Source of the DNA: Candidatus Bathyarchaeota archaeon
GTDB lineage: Archaea; Thermoproteota; Bathyarchaeia; Bathyarchaeales; Bathycorpusculaceae
Length of the DNA stretch: 38,459 bases
Assembly: GCA_026414525.1 (NCBI GenBank)
Contig: JAOAIV010000001.1
Span: 1 to 38,459 of the forward strand
Direction of reading: 5' to 3'
Shown piece after piece: positions 1 through 8,441 of this stretch. The position numbers and the translations under genes are program-made. How positions within the stretch are numbered: position 1 is the stretch's first letter; every line of letters starts with the position of its first letter. Under the pieces are notes generated by a model, which saw only the letters and a program-made list of their open reading frames with translations, had not been told where the DNA came from and ran no database searches.

Positions 1-201
1 CTTGCATAACCTATGCATGGGAGCTACAGCTAACTCCAAATCTGTCATAAAGACTACCTCAACGCCTCTTTTTCTTTTTAACGCTGTATTTAACCTTTTT
101 TATTTCTTTGGTTCCTTAACCATGCCTTTTCAGTTTTCTTCAAATAACGAAGAAAATTATAAAAACGCCATAACTGATAAAATGGCGACTAGGTTTCAAG
201 A

Positions 202-981
202 ATGAAACTCGTTGATGCACACATACACCTCTCTGACAATGAATATGTACCCGTTGTTGATGAACTTGTGGCAAACGCCAAAAACGCTGGTGTGGCTGCA
301 TTGCTTTCGAATTCTATGGACTTTGAAAGCAGCATCAAAAGTGTGGCGCTAGCCGAAAAATACGCCGGTCTTGTTTACGCTGCTGTTGGCATCCACCCTT
401 GGAATGTAAATGTTCTCAGGGAAAATGAGCTTGAAGATACCTTAAAGTTGATTTTTGAGCAAAACCAGAAGAAAGCAATAGTCGCTATAGGCGAAATCGG
501 CCTAGACTACAAGTATGAAAATATATGGGATAAGCAACTGTTAGTCTTCGATAGAATGTTGCATGCCTCTGAAAAAACGGGTTTACCAGTTATAATACAC
601 TCGCGCGGAACAACTGCTCAGATTGTAGAGATGCTCCCTTCTTACAATCTCAACCATGTTTTGCTACACTGGTTCAGTCAGCCACTAAGTGCATTAAACA
701 AGGCGATAGATCATGGCTACTTTATTACGGAGGGGCCGCCAGCCGCTTATTCGCAAGGCATTCGCGAAGTCATAAAAAAAGTGCCGTTGTACAATCTGCT
801 AACAGAAACTGATGGCCCGGTCTGTTATCGTAAGCCGCCATATAAGGGTGCGCTAACAAAGCCTTCTTTTATACGTATTGTAGTTGAAGCTATTGCTGAG
901 ATTAAGGCTGCTGCTGTAGGAGATGTGGCTGAGCAGATAGCAAGAAACTTTGAAGTTTTCTTCGGCATAAAATTGAACTAA
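202..981 (+). CDS. tatD: TatD-family metal-dependent hydrolase
   Basis: 259-aa ORF with the DAHIHL, GEIGLDY, IIHSR and TETDGP motifs typical of the TatD amidohydrolase fold. The ATG is the first start after an in-frame TAG. Confidence 0.9.
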   Translation: MKLVDAHIHLSDNEYVPVVDELVANAKNAGVAALLSNSMDFESSIKSVALAEKYAGLVYAAVGIHPWNVNVLRENELEDTLKLIFEQNQKKAIVAIGEIGLDYKYENIWDKQLLVFDRMLHASEKTGLPVIIHSRGTTAQIVEMLPSYNLNHVLLHWFSQPLSALNKAIDHGYFITEGPPAAYSQGIREVIKKVPLYNLLTETDGPVCYRKPPYKGALTKPSFIRIVVEAIAEIKAAAVGDVAEQIARNFEVFFGIKLN

Positions 982-1181
982 TTTTTATGCAAGTACTTTT
1001 GTCTTTCATTAGAATTTTTACGGAATTTTTCTTTTAACATGCTTCCGCAATGATCTGGCTTAGTGAAAATAATTTACAAGCCGTAAACTTAAATTAAGTC
1101 TCTCTACTATTGAAAGTTGCTTTTACACTTAGAAGCGCTATAAGAAAATGAAATAGGGCGTAATCGGAGGAACCAGAATAC

Positions 1182-1412
1182 TTGGGAAAAGTTAAAACGG
1201 AACATATCAAGCGGTTAGCCAAGGAGCTTATAGATAGGTTTCCAGATAAATTTTCAACCAATTTTGAAGATAACAAGCGTGTCGTTGAGGCGATTACGCG
1301 CGGAGCAACAACCCGCGTCAGAAACCAAATTGCCGGATATATAACTCATGCTATGACCCTAAAACGTTCTGGCGCCTCAACCGAACCAAAAGAAGAAATA
1401 ACTGTTGCGTAA
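1182..1412 (+). CDS. rps17e: 30S ribosomal protein S17e
   Basis: MGKVKTEHIKRLAKELIDRFPDKFSTNFEDNKRVV matches the S17e N-terminus. TTG is the only start codon after the in-frame TAA at 1161. GGAGG lies at 1166-1170. Confidence 0.9.
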   Translation: MGKVKTEHIKRLAKELIDRFPDKFSTNFEDNKRVVEAITRGATTRVRNQIAGYITHAMTLKRSGASTEPKEEITVA

Positions 1413-1429
1413 AAGTGTTGGGAGCAACA

Positions 1430-1810
1430 ATGCTCTTGATTGATGAATACCGAAAAGGGTGGGCAATCCGCTATTTGCGCGAAGCAAAAGCCGAGTTGGA
1501 AGCAGCGCGTAAGATTCCTTATATGGCGCCTAGTCTGGTTTTGGAGGCTATCAGAAAAGCTCGCAATGCAATATACTACAGCATAGGCGAGCCAGCATTC
1601 ATCGAGTTTCTCATACAAGAAGAACTGGGAAAGATGCCTCCCACAAATGATCAGACCTTACGCTTTTTAATCGAAATCGAGGGGATTGTACAGCAACTTA
1701 CGCAATTAGAGGAAATTAATGGCGACGCAATTATGAAGCAAGCGGATACGCTTATTCAAATCGCCACAGACATCGTAGAAACTTTTACTGGAGAAAAAAT
1801 AGAAGATTAA
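1430..1810 (+). CDS. hypothetical all-helical protein
   Basis: 126 aa from ATG 1430, with GGAG at 1421-1424 at 5-nt spacing. The ORF is open from GTG 1415, directly after the rps17e stop. It has amphipathic helical character and I recognised no family with confidence. Confidence 0.5.
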   Translation: MLLIDEYRKGWAIRYLREAKAELEAARKIPYMAPSLVLEAIRKARNAIYYSIGEPAFIEFLIQEELGKMPPTNDQTLRFLIEIEGIVQQLTQLEEINGDAIMKQADTLIQIATDIVETFTGEKIED

Positions 1811-1905
1811 CCTGCAAGCAATTCAATTTCTTGCTATGCAAAAATAGCCGGAAATTCTTTATTAGTTTTTGGTGTCCTAATCCCTATAGCAGGTTGAATA
1901 ATGCC

Positions 1906-2190
1906 ATGCCCATAACCATAAAGTTCATCGGCATTTTGCGTCATGTCTCGGGCAAGGGCAAAATCGCTTTAGACATGAATAATGCACTTTCTCTAAGGGA
2001 CCTAATCAACAAACTTATTGTCGAAATGCCTGTTCTCAAGGAGAGCTTGAATCCTCAGCGGCTTGAAGAATTAAAGTCGACTCTTTTAATACTTGTAAAC
2101 GGCAGGGAAATCAGTGTTTTAGATGGTTTCGAGACGATACTAAAGGATGGTGACGAAATAGCTTTTGTTCCTGTTGTTCATGGAGGTTAA
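1906..2190 (+). CDS. MoaD/ThiS-family ubiquitin-like small protein (SAMP-like) with C-terminal Gly-Gly
   Basis: 94 aa from ATG 1906; the ORF track starts earlier, at 1831. Beta-grasp-like sequence ends ...DGDEIAFVPVVHGG followed directly by the stop, which is the MoaD/SAMP hallmark. Confidence 0.75.
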   Translation: MPITIKFIGILRHVSGKGKIALDMNNALSLRDLINKLIVEMPVLKESLNPQRLEELKSTLLILVNGREISVLDGFETILKDGDEIAFVPVVHGG

Positions 2191-2195
2191 AGCCG

Positions 2196-2978
2196 ATGAT
2201 AACTCTAACCACCGATTTTGGATTAAAAGATCCTTATGTTGCAGAGATGAAGGCTGTAATCTTACGTATATCCCCTAGAGCTGTTATAGTTGATATAACG
2301 CATGAGATAGAAAAATTCAATATTCGAATGGGCGCTTACCTTCTGGCTTCTGCATCACCCTATTTTCCAGAGGGTACGGTTCATGTTGCAGTTGTCGACC
2401 CTGGTGTTGGCACCAAGAGGCGCCCAATAGCGATAGAGACAAAGCAAGGGTTCTTTGTCGGACCAGATAACGGCATCTTAGTTTTAGCAGCAAAAAAGCA
2501 AGGCATCGTACATATTCATGAACTGACAAATCCCAGGTTTATGCTACCTACGGTTTCATCCACCTTTCACGGTAGAGACATTTTCGCTCCTGTAGCCGCG
2601 CATTTGCTGAACGGTGTAAGAATAGAAAAATTGGGGCCTGAAATCTGTAATGTTGTTGAACCCGAATTTGCTGATGTGAAGGAGAAAAATGGCATGCTTA
2701 TTGGAGAAGTTTTGCATGTTGATGGTTTTGGAAACGTAATAACAAACATAAGCAAGGAATCTTTATCGCTTGTTAATGTGGAAGCAGAGTTAAAAGTGGC
2801 TTTGGCTGGTTGCAATGTGAAACTACGCTTTTGCAAGGCGTATGGCGAGGTTGGATTAGGTGAGCCCTTAGCCTTATTCGGTAGCCATGGCTTTCTGGAG
2901 ATAGCCATAAACCAAGGCAACGCTGCTAAAGAATTTAAAGTAGGAGCAGGCGACAAAGTCGCTGTAATGCCCGCATAA
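2196..2978 (+). CDS. S-adenosyl-L-methionine hydroxide adenosyltransferase family protein (DUF62, chlorinase/fluorinase-like)
   Basis: MITLTTDFGLKDPYVAEMKAVI... and ...DGFGNVITN are typical of DUF62. GGAGGT at 2182-2187 lies 8 nt upstream of the ATG. Confidence 0.9.
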   Translation: MITLTTDFGLKDPYVAEMKAVILRISPRAVIVDITHEIEKFNIRMGAYLLASASPYFPEGTVHVAVVDPGVGTKRRPIAIETKQGFFVGPDNGILVLAAKKQGIVHIHELTNPRFMLPTVSSTFHGRDIFAPVAAHLLNGVRIEKLGPEICNVVEPEFADVKEKNGMLIGEVLHVDGFGNVITNISKESLSLVNVEAELKVALAGCNVKLRFCKAYGEVGLGEPLALFGSHGFLEIAINQGNAAKEFKVGAGDKVAVMPA

Positions 2979-3096
2979 AAGCTCTGGGTTGTTAAGCGCG
3001 CTAGTTGGGCTTGGCGTTTCGTAGTGGCGTAACCGTAAATGAAATGAAGCCTTCATTAGATTATGAAGTAGTGTATCTCGGTTGGATGCTGCCTAA

Positions 3097-3936
3097 ATGA
3101 AGTATCACGCTTTAGCGTTAACCACTGAGTATTGGAAGCCAGGGGCGGATTACTTAAGCAACATAATTGATAAATTAGCTAATAGAGTTTGTGATGCTGA
3201 TTTTGTTGTTATTTCTGAAAAAGCGCTTTCAACAGCACTTGGCAACATTATGGATGAAAGCATCGTGAAAGCCGGATTTAACGCAAAAATAATTTGCCAC
3301 TTTTGGATGCGCATCGTTTGGGGATACATCCTCAGCGTAATATGCCATTTTGGGCAGCGCCTCACACAAAGGCTAAGGCAGTATCCACTCGAAGCTGGCT
3401 GCCGCCATAAACAAGTTGCACTGCAGAAAGCCGGCTTGCTGCAAGCGCTAATGTGGGGCTCTGAAGGAGGCATCGACGGCTCTAATTTGCCGTTTTCTTA
3501 CGTGAGCTTACCTCTGCGGAACAAAAACGAGGTAGCGGAAACCATTCGCCTGGAGATATGGCGAAAGTTGAAGAAAAAAGTCTGCGTTATTATCGTGGAC
3601 ACAGATAAAACTTACTCGCTTAGAAATTTCCATTTCACTCCTAGGCCAAAACCTGCGATTGGAATTTATTCTTTAGGCGGCGTTGTCGCTTACGTTCTTG
3701 GAAGAGCGCTTAAGCTTAGAAAGAGGTCAACTCCACTTGCTGTCGCTGGTTGTAGGCTTCAAGCAGAAGAAGCCTTAAAAATCGCCAACATAGCCGATAG
3801 AGCAAGAGGCCCAGGGTCAGGCGCAACAGTATGGGATATGGCTGCACGGTTCGGCGTAAAGGTGACTGAAATAAATTGGGATATGCTAGCGCAAATTAAG
3901 CATAAACCACTTGTTATTGTCAGAAAGATGCGGTAA
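3097..3936 (+). CDS. F420-0:gamma-glutamyl ligase (CofE)-like domain protein, divergent
   Basis: 279 aa with a CofE-like pattern: DFVVISEKALS, GGIDGSNLP, VIIVDTDKTY and a C-terminal PLVIVRK. It carries an extra hydrophobic insert and is not obviously an orthodox CofE. Confidence 0.6.
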   Translation: MKYHALALTTEYWKPGADYLSNIIDKLANRVCDADFVVISEKALSTALGNIMDESIVKAGFNAKIICHFWMRIVWGYILSVICHFGQRLTQRLRQYPLEAGCRHKQVALQKAGLLQALMWGSEGGIDGSNLPFSYVSLPLRNKNEVAETIRLEIWRKLKKKVCVIIVDTDKTYSLRNFHFTPRPKPAIGIYSLGGVVAYVLGRALKLRKRSTPLAVAGCRLQAEEALKIANIADRARGPGSGATVWDMAARFGVKVTEINWDMLAQIKHKPLVIVRKMR

Positions 3937-4009
3937 AATCAGCATTCACTGTTTTGGAAGAGTAAAGGATAAACATACCTATTTTCTTTAGTGAGCGCTG
4001 TGATTGGTT

Positions 4010-5503
4010 ATGCAAGAAGCTGATCGGCTTGATGTCTTCTTCAATCCACGTTCAGTTGCAGTGATCGGCGCCACTAAAAAAATAGACAAGGCTGGTCATG
4101 TGATTTTCAAAAATTTTGCCTATAACAAAACACGAGGAGTTTTCAAAGGAGCACTTTATCCAGTGAATCCAAATGAGGAATCAATTCTCGGATTCAAATG
4201 TTACTCCTCTATAACTGAGATTCCAGATGAGTTAGATCTAATAGTCGTCGTTGTTCCGGCACGAATCGTGCCAACCATCATGGAAGAAGCGGTTACTAAA
4301 AAGGTTAAGGCTGCAATAATCATTAGTTCCGGCTTCAAAGAAATTGGAAATGGCGAACTTGAAGAGCAAATAGTGGCTATTGCTCGAAAAGCTGGAATAC
4401 GAATTTTAGGGCCAAATTGCCTTGGCGTTTATTATCAGAGAACCGGTGTAGACACTCTGTTTCTACCGGAAACCAAGATTCTAACAACAGGCGACGAGGT
4501 TATCGCCACACCGCGACCCATGGTCGGCGACATAGCCATAGTCACACAAAGTGGCGCTTTCGGCGTCGCTGCTCTCGACTTTCTTGCTGGACGCCAAATT
4601 GGCATCAGCAAATTCGTAAGTTTCGGTAACAAATGCGACGTAACCGAGTCAGAGATGCTACATTATCTGCTTTATGATGAAGAAACCCGGGTCATACTTC
4701 TCTATGTTGAAGACATAAAATATGGACGCCAATTCCTTAATATAGCCAAAGAAGTCACATTAAAGAAGCCTATAATAGCGCTTAAAGCTGGCAGAAGCAG
4801 TGCTGGCGCCAGAGCCGCCGCCTCACACACAGGCGCCATTGCAGGCTCGGATAGAATCTACGATGCAGCTTTCGAGCAATCAGGAGTAATCCGTGCTAGG
4901 GACATGGAGGAATTTTTCGACATGGGCAAAGCTTTGGCTATGCAGCCACCAGCCTTAGGCAGAAACATTGGTGTACTCACGGATGCCGGCGGTCCAGGCA
5001 TAATGGCTGTTGACGAGTGCGAAAGTAACGGTTTGACAGTGGAACGCTTTTCAGAAGAAACGCTGCAAAGGTTCCAGAAACTCAAGGACGAGGGAGTTCT
5101 TCCAAAATTCGCGGCAACCTCCAACCCCGTTGACCTAACCGGTTCAGTTACGGACGACATGTATGAGGTTGCAGTAGATCTGATGTTTCAAGATCCATCA
5201 GTAGACGGTATAATTCTGCTTGGTTTACATCATCTGCCAGCCTTGAGGGAAAAGTACATTGAGAGCGTCGCTCAAGTGGCAAACAAATACAGTAAGCCGA
5301 TTGTCATGTGCGATATCGGCGAGACAGAAATGGCGTTGTATACACGCTCCAAGTTTGATAAGCTGGGAATACCTGCTTATCCCTCTCCAGAAGATGCAGC
5401 GCGAGCCATGAAAGCACTAGTAAATTATGGTGTGTATTTGAAAAAACGTCATATGGCAGAAGACTACATAGTCAAATTTTTGAAGAAGAAAAGACAAGCC
5501 TAA
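4010..5503 (+). CDS. ADP-forming acyl-CoA synthetase, alpha subunit (CoA-binding / succinyl-CoA-synthetase-like)
   Basis: CoA-binding N-terminus FFNPRSVAVIGATKK and phosphohistidine loop AAASHTGAIAGS. ATG 4010 lies two codons after TTG 4004. No ATP-grasp beta subunit is adjacent. Confidence 0.85.
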   Translation: MQEADRLDVFFNPRSVAVIGATKKIDKAGHVIFKNFAYNKTRGVFKGALYPVNPNEESILGFKCYSSITEIPDELDLIVVVVPARIVPTIMEEAVTKKVKAAIIISSGFKEIGNGELEEQIVAIARKAGIRILGPNCLGVYYQRTGVDTLFLPETKILTTGDEVIATPRPMVGDIAIVTQSGAFGVAALDFLAGRQIGISKFVSFGNKCDVTESEMLHYLLYDEETRVILLYVEDIKYGRQFLNIAKEVTLKKPIIALKAGRSSAGARAAASHTGAIAGSDRIYDAAFEQSGVIRARDMEEFFDMGKALAMQPPALGRNIGVLTDAGGPGIMAVDECESNGLTVERFSEETLQRFQKLKDEGVLPKFAATSNPVDLTGSVTDDMYEVAVDLMFQDPSVDGIILLGLHHLPALREKYIESVAQVANKYSKPIVMCDIGETEMALYTRSKFDKLGIPAYPSPEDAARAMKALVNYGVYLKKRHMAEDYIVKFLKKKRQA

Positions 5504-5886
5504 AGTATAACCGTAACTGTAACTTCATCTCCATCTTTAAGCTTAAGCGCCTCGCGTAAACATACCGGCGCAACAATTTCCAACATGTCCTTCGGGTAGC
5601 CTAAGACTTCCGGAATTACAACAGCGCATTCAATTTCCCCTATAAAAGCCTTGAAAAGTTTACCCCTACAATAGCCTTCAACTGGCAAAATTTCCATGGA
5701 ACATGTTTTTTCAAGAACTTCTTTGTGTCTCGTATTTTCGGCTGAGAGCTTCAAATTCAAGGTGCCCGCGTATGGTGTAAAGCCTAATTTCTGCTTTATT
5801 TGAAGTTTAACCCATGGCAGGGAAAGAAATTTTTTGCCTTCGCCCCGACTCGAAAAAACTTTGCCGCTGAACGCTATCTTTTTCAT
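5500..5886 (-). CDS. ribK: CTP-dependent riboflavin kinase (archaeal RibK)
   Basis: GEGKKFLSLPW, FTPYAGTLNLKL and LEIVAPVCLRE are present. The length from the ATG at 5886 (128 aa) matches archaeal RibK. The ORF stays open to 5964, so the start is uncertain. Confidence 0.85.
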   Translation of the reverse strand: MKKIAFSGKVFSSRGEGKKFLSLPWVKLQIKQKLGFTPYAGTLNLKLSAENTRHKEVLEKTCSMEILPVEGYCRGKLFKAFIGEIECAVVIPEVLGYPKDMLEIVAPVCLREALKLKDGDEVTVTVIL

Positions 5887-5939
5887 TGGCGCCGCATCCT
5901 TTATCACCGCGACCACTGCCTTCGATCGCTCAGACAATT

Positions 5940-6323
5940 TCAATCCTTTTGTTCTTTCAGCCATTGAGCAACTTTTCTAAGAATATAGTCAGAAGTCATG
6001 TCTATTACTGGCACAATAATTTTCTCTTTTGTCTCTATGGTCTGCGAGTACTTTGGCATCAATGAATAGCCAACAAAGGTCCAGTAAACTTTACCTTCCT
6101 CTATCAAAGCCTTCGCAACAGCTGTGGTGGATGCAGGTAATGGAAAATACAGAAAAACTACACCTTCCGCCCAATATAACCCAGCCAATTTACCTCCTGC
6201 TATCACCGAGGTGAAACGGGCTAACTCTTCAGGAGTTGAAAATTGAGTGCGTTCCATTATAACGATTTCTTTAAAGGGTTTATACTCTATTGAAATATCC
6301 TTCTTGCTCATGGTCTTGCTCAC
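5940..6323 (-). CDS. hypothetical protein
   Basis: 127-aa ORF directly upstream of ribK on the same strand. It has coding-like composition and I recognised no family. Confidence 0.5.
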   Translation of the reverse strand: MSKTMSKKDISIEYKPFKEIVIMERTQFSTPEELARFTSVIAGGKLAGLYWAEGVVFLYFPLPASTTAVAKALIEEGKVYWTFVGYSLMPKYSQTIETKEKIIVPVIDMTSDYILRKVAQWLKEQKD

Positions 6324-6357
6324 AACTCTACGCCCTTATTGTGTTGGCAGTTCCCTT

Positions 6358-6376
6358 TTAATCTTCCCATGGTCCA
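6358..6376 (+). repeat. Exact 19-nt direct repeat, copy 1 (TTAATCTTCCCATGGTCCA)
   Basis: Identical 19-mer at 12043-12061 on the same strand. Both copies are intergenic. Confidence 0.9.
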
Positions 6377-6557
6377 AGCCTCAAAGCGTTGCTTTTTTCA
6401 GATATGTACGCCTTCATGTTTGAACGGCTATTAGCATTTTCTTATAAAAATCCCTATTGAATTTAGCCAAAAAAAGATGCAGGTTGTTTATGACTGTGTA
6501 CGACAATTTGTTGCTGTTAAGCGCTAAATAATTATTAATTCAAGTCATACTCTTCTG

Positions 6558-7265
6558 TTGCGTGAGTTAACTTTGAAGAAACTTAAAACAGGCGTAGCAT
6601 GTCTTGATCGGCAATTAAAAGGCGGTATTATTGAAGGTGTTACTCTAATTTATGGTGAGCCAGAAACAGGGAAAACAACATTAGCTATGCAGTGCGCTGT
6701 GAATTGTGCCATGCAAGGTTTAAAGACTCTTTTCATAGACTGCGACAACACATTCTCCGCCGAAAGGCTTTCACATGTGGCTGCTGGAAAATTTGAGGAA
6801 ATAGCTGCGCTCATAATTCTGATGAGGCCAAGTGACTTCCAAGAGCAAGCCGCAGTAATAGACCGGTTGCCAGATTACACTGCTAAAAACTTTGGGTTAG
6901 TGGTAATTGACACTGCCACATCTTTGTATCGCGCCGGGGTCGCTGAGGTTTCTGGGAAAGCTTTCGATCTAAATCGTGAACTTAATAGGCAGATGGCAGT
7001 TTTGGCGCAGACAGCAAAAATCCAAAAGTTACCTATCATAGTGACCAGTCAAGTAAAAAGTGTTTTCAATGAACCCTTCGTCAGTGTGGCGCCTGTGGCT
7101 ACTCGTGTTGTTAAGTTCTGGGCTGATACCATAATTGCCATGAAGCCCACAGAAAATCCGCAAATCATTAAGGCGGTGCTTGAGAAAATATTTGGAAAAA
7201 CTCAAGAAGCAGTATGCTATTTAAGAATAACCAAAACCGGGTTACATGATCATCCTAATTACTAG
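6558..7265 (+). CDS. radB: RadB-like RecA-superfamily ATPase
   Basis: 235 aa with Walker A GEPETGKT and Walker B-like LVVIDTATS. It lacks the N-terminal HhH domain, which makes it RadB-like rather than RadA. TTG start. Confidence 0.8.
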   Translation: MRELTLKKLKTGVACLDRQLKGGIIEGVTLIYGEPETGKTTLAMQCAVNCAMQGLKTLFIDCDNTFSAERLSHVAAGKFEEIAALIILMRPSDFQEQAAVIDRLPDYTAKNFGLVVIDTATSLYRAGVAEVSGKAFDLNRELNRQMAVLAQTAKIQKLPIIVTSQVKSVFNEPFVSVAPVATRVVKFWADTIIAMKPTENPQIIKAVLEKIFGKTQEAVCYLRITKTGLHDHPNY

Positions 7266-7281
7266 AGGCTGGTCAACCATT

Positions 7282-7776
7282 ATGGATCTATCAACAACAA
7301 TAGTTGAGGCATTGATCTTTATATTTCCCGCATACTGTGCAAATGCCGTGCCTGTTATAGCTGGCGGGGGGCAACCCATAGATTTTGGAAAAAACTTTTT
7401 CGATGGAAAACCTATTTTCGGTAAAAACAAGACTTATCGTGGCTTCTTTTTTGGCTTAGCTATTGGCATAGTTATCGGGCTATTGGAGTGGCGATTTTTG
7501 GATTATCCCCTTCTACTGAGCGTATCTTCGCCATTAGGTGCTCTTTGCGGTGATTTGGCTGGCGCCTTTATAAAACGGCGGCTAGGAATAGCTCCTGGAG
7601 GCCTTTTACCCTTTATAGATCAAATAGATTTCGTAGCTGGCGCGTTGCTGTTTTCGTTACCTTTTACTTCTATATCTTGGGCGCTTGCCGCTATAGTCCT
7701 GCTGATAACCCCGCCTATTCATTTACTTACAAATTTCATGGCTTACAAACTTAAAATTAAAAAGAATCCTTGGTAA
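7282..7776 (+). CDS. carS: CDP-archaeol synthase
   Basis: FPAYCANAVPVIAGGGQPIDFG...GKNKTYRGFFFG is the CarS/DUF46 signature, and the protein is multi-TM. ATG 7282 follows the radB stop at 7263-7265. Confidence 0.85.
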   Translation: MDLSTTIVEALIFIFPAYCANAVPVIAGGGQPIDFGKNFFDGKPIFGKNKTYRGFFFGLAIGIVIGLLEWRFLDYPLLLSVSSPLGALCGDLAGAFIKRRLGIAPGGLLPFIDQIDFVAGALLFSLPFTSISWALAAIVLLITPPIHLLTNFMAYKLKIKKNPW

Positions 7777-7784
7777 AAATTTGT

Positions 7785-8219
7785 TTATACTTTGGCGTCA
7801 ATTGCATACTCGAGAAATATGTATGCTAATAGCAACAATGTCGCACCTATAATCAGCATCATGTAAGCTTGCCTTGGTTTATAAGCGTATTTTGTGCTTT
7901 GGTAAATTGCAAGTAACCCGACGAATCCCATTGCGTAAAGTGCATTTGAAATTATGGTTTCTGACACGAATTGGTCGCCTAATGCACTGCTTCCCTGCAG
8001 AGCGCGACTCCAAATGAAGTAAAAGTTGTTACCTATATAAGCGTAATAAGGTGGTTGTGCTGTAAGTGAGAATAATCCACCACTGAAAAGAAAAATTGCA
8101 AAAGCGATTGTAATTATGGAAATAATTACCGAGGAGGGTTGTGCTGTTGAAATTTTGCGGAACCATCTGCCTATTGAAAAGGACATGGCTGACGCGGTTC
8201 TTTTAATTTTGTTTGACAT
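7785..8219 (-). CDS. hypothetical membrane protein (3 predicted TM helices)
   Basis: There are three hydrophobic segments. The ATG at 8219 is preceded by GAGG at 9-nt spacing, and the ORF is open to 8234. Confidence 0.5.
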   Translation of the reverse strand: MSNKIKRTASAMSFSIGRWFRKISTAQPSSVIISIITIAFAIFLFSGGLFSLTAQPPYYAYIGNNFYFIWSRALQGSSALGDQFVSETIISNALYAMGFVGLLAIYQSTKYAYKPRQAYMMLIIGATLLLLAYIFLEYAIDAKV

Positions 8220-8436
8220 CTTGTTTTTCCTCATCGTTAAGTAGGTATCTTGCTGTTTCTTTAGCCCATTTGCCTGTTAATGAGTGTTGCGCAATCTCGC
8301 TTAAATATTCTTTCCAACAAATTTTTAAAGCCTTTCTCCAAACCTCATACTTCTTAACTATATTAGCATATGCTTCAGCATGTAATGAGCAGAAATCGCC
8401 TTCCGTTGCATCTTTCTGGCATATTCTGCACTTCAT
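8203..8436 (-). CDS. hypothetical small zinc-knuckle protein
   Basis: 77 aa from the ATG at 8436: MKCRICQKDATEGDFCSLH (CxxC...CxxH) followed by a helical tail. AAGTGA SD overlaps the topA stop. The 3' end overlaps the next gene. Confidence 0.5.
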   Translation of the reverse strand: MKCRICQKDATEGDFCSLHAEAYANIVKKYEVWRKALKICWKEYLSEIAQHSLTGKWAKETARYLLNDEEKQDVKQN

Positions 8437-8441
8437 TTTTT

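Noticed and set aside
1-48. Possible 5' end of a leftward (minus-strand) gene: ATG at 48-46 preceded by GAGGT at 7-nt spacing, reading MTDLELAVAPMHRLCK... off the window edge.
   Set aside because: Only 16 codons are visible, so the product cannot be identified and a chance ORF cannot be excluded. I noted it but did not call it as a feature.
2-205. A 67-aa plus-strand ORF at the left edge, overlapping the tatD start.
   Set aside because: It has low-complexity, Phe/Asn-rich composition in an A/T-rich promoter-like spacer and no recognisable family. It runs into the tatD start in a different frame.
1415-1810. The helical protein after rps17e interpreted as a HEPN-type toxin.
   Set aside because: It only vaguely resembles HEPN/PaREP1-like helical repeats. 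I saw no R-x(4-6)-H nuclease motif, and no adjacent minimal nucleotidyltransferase or antitoxin partner.
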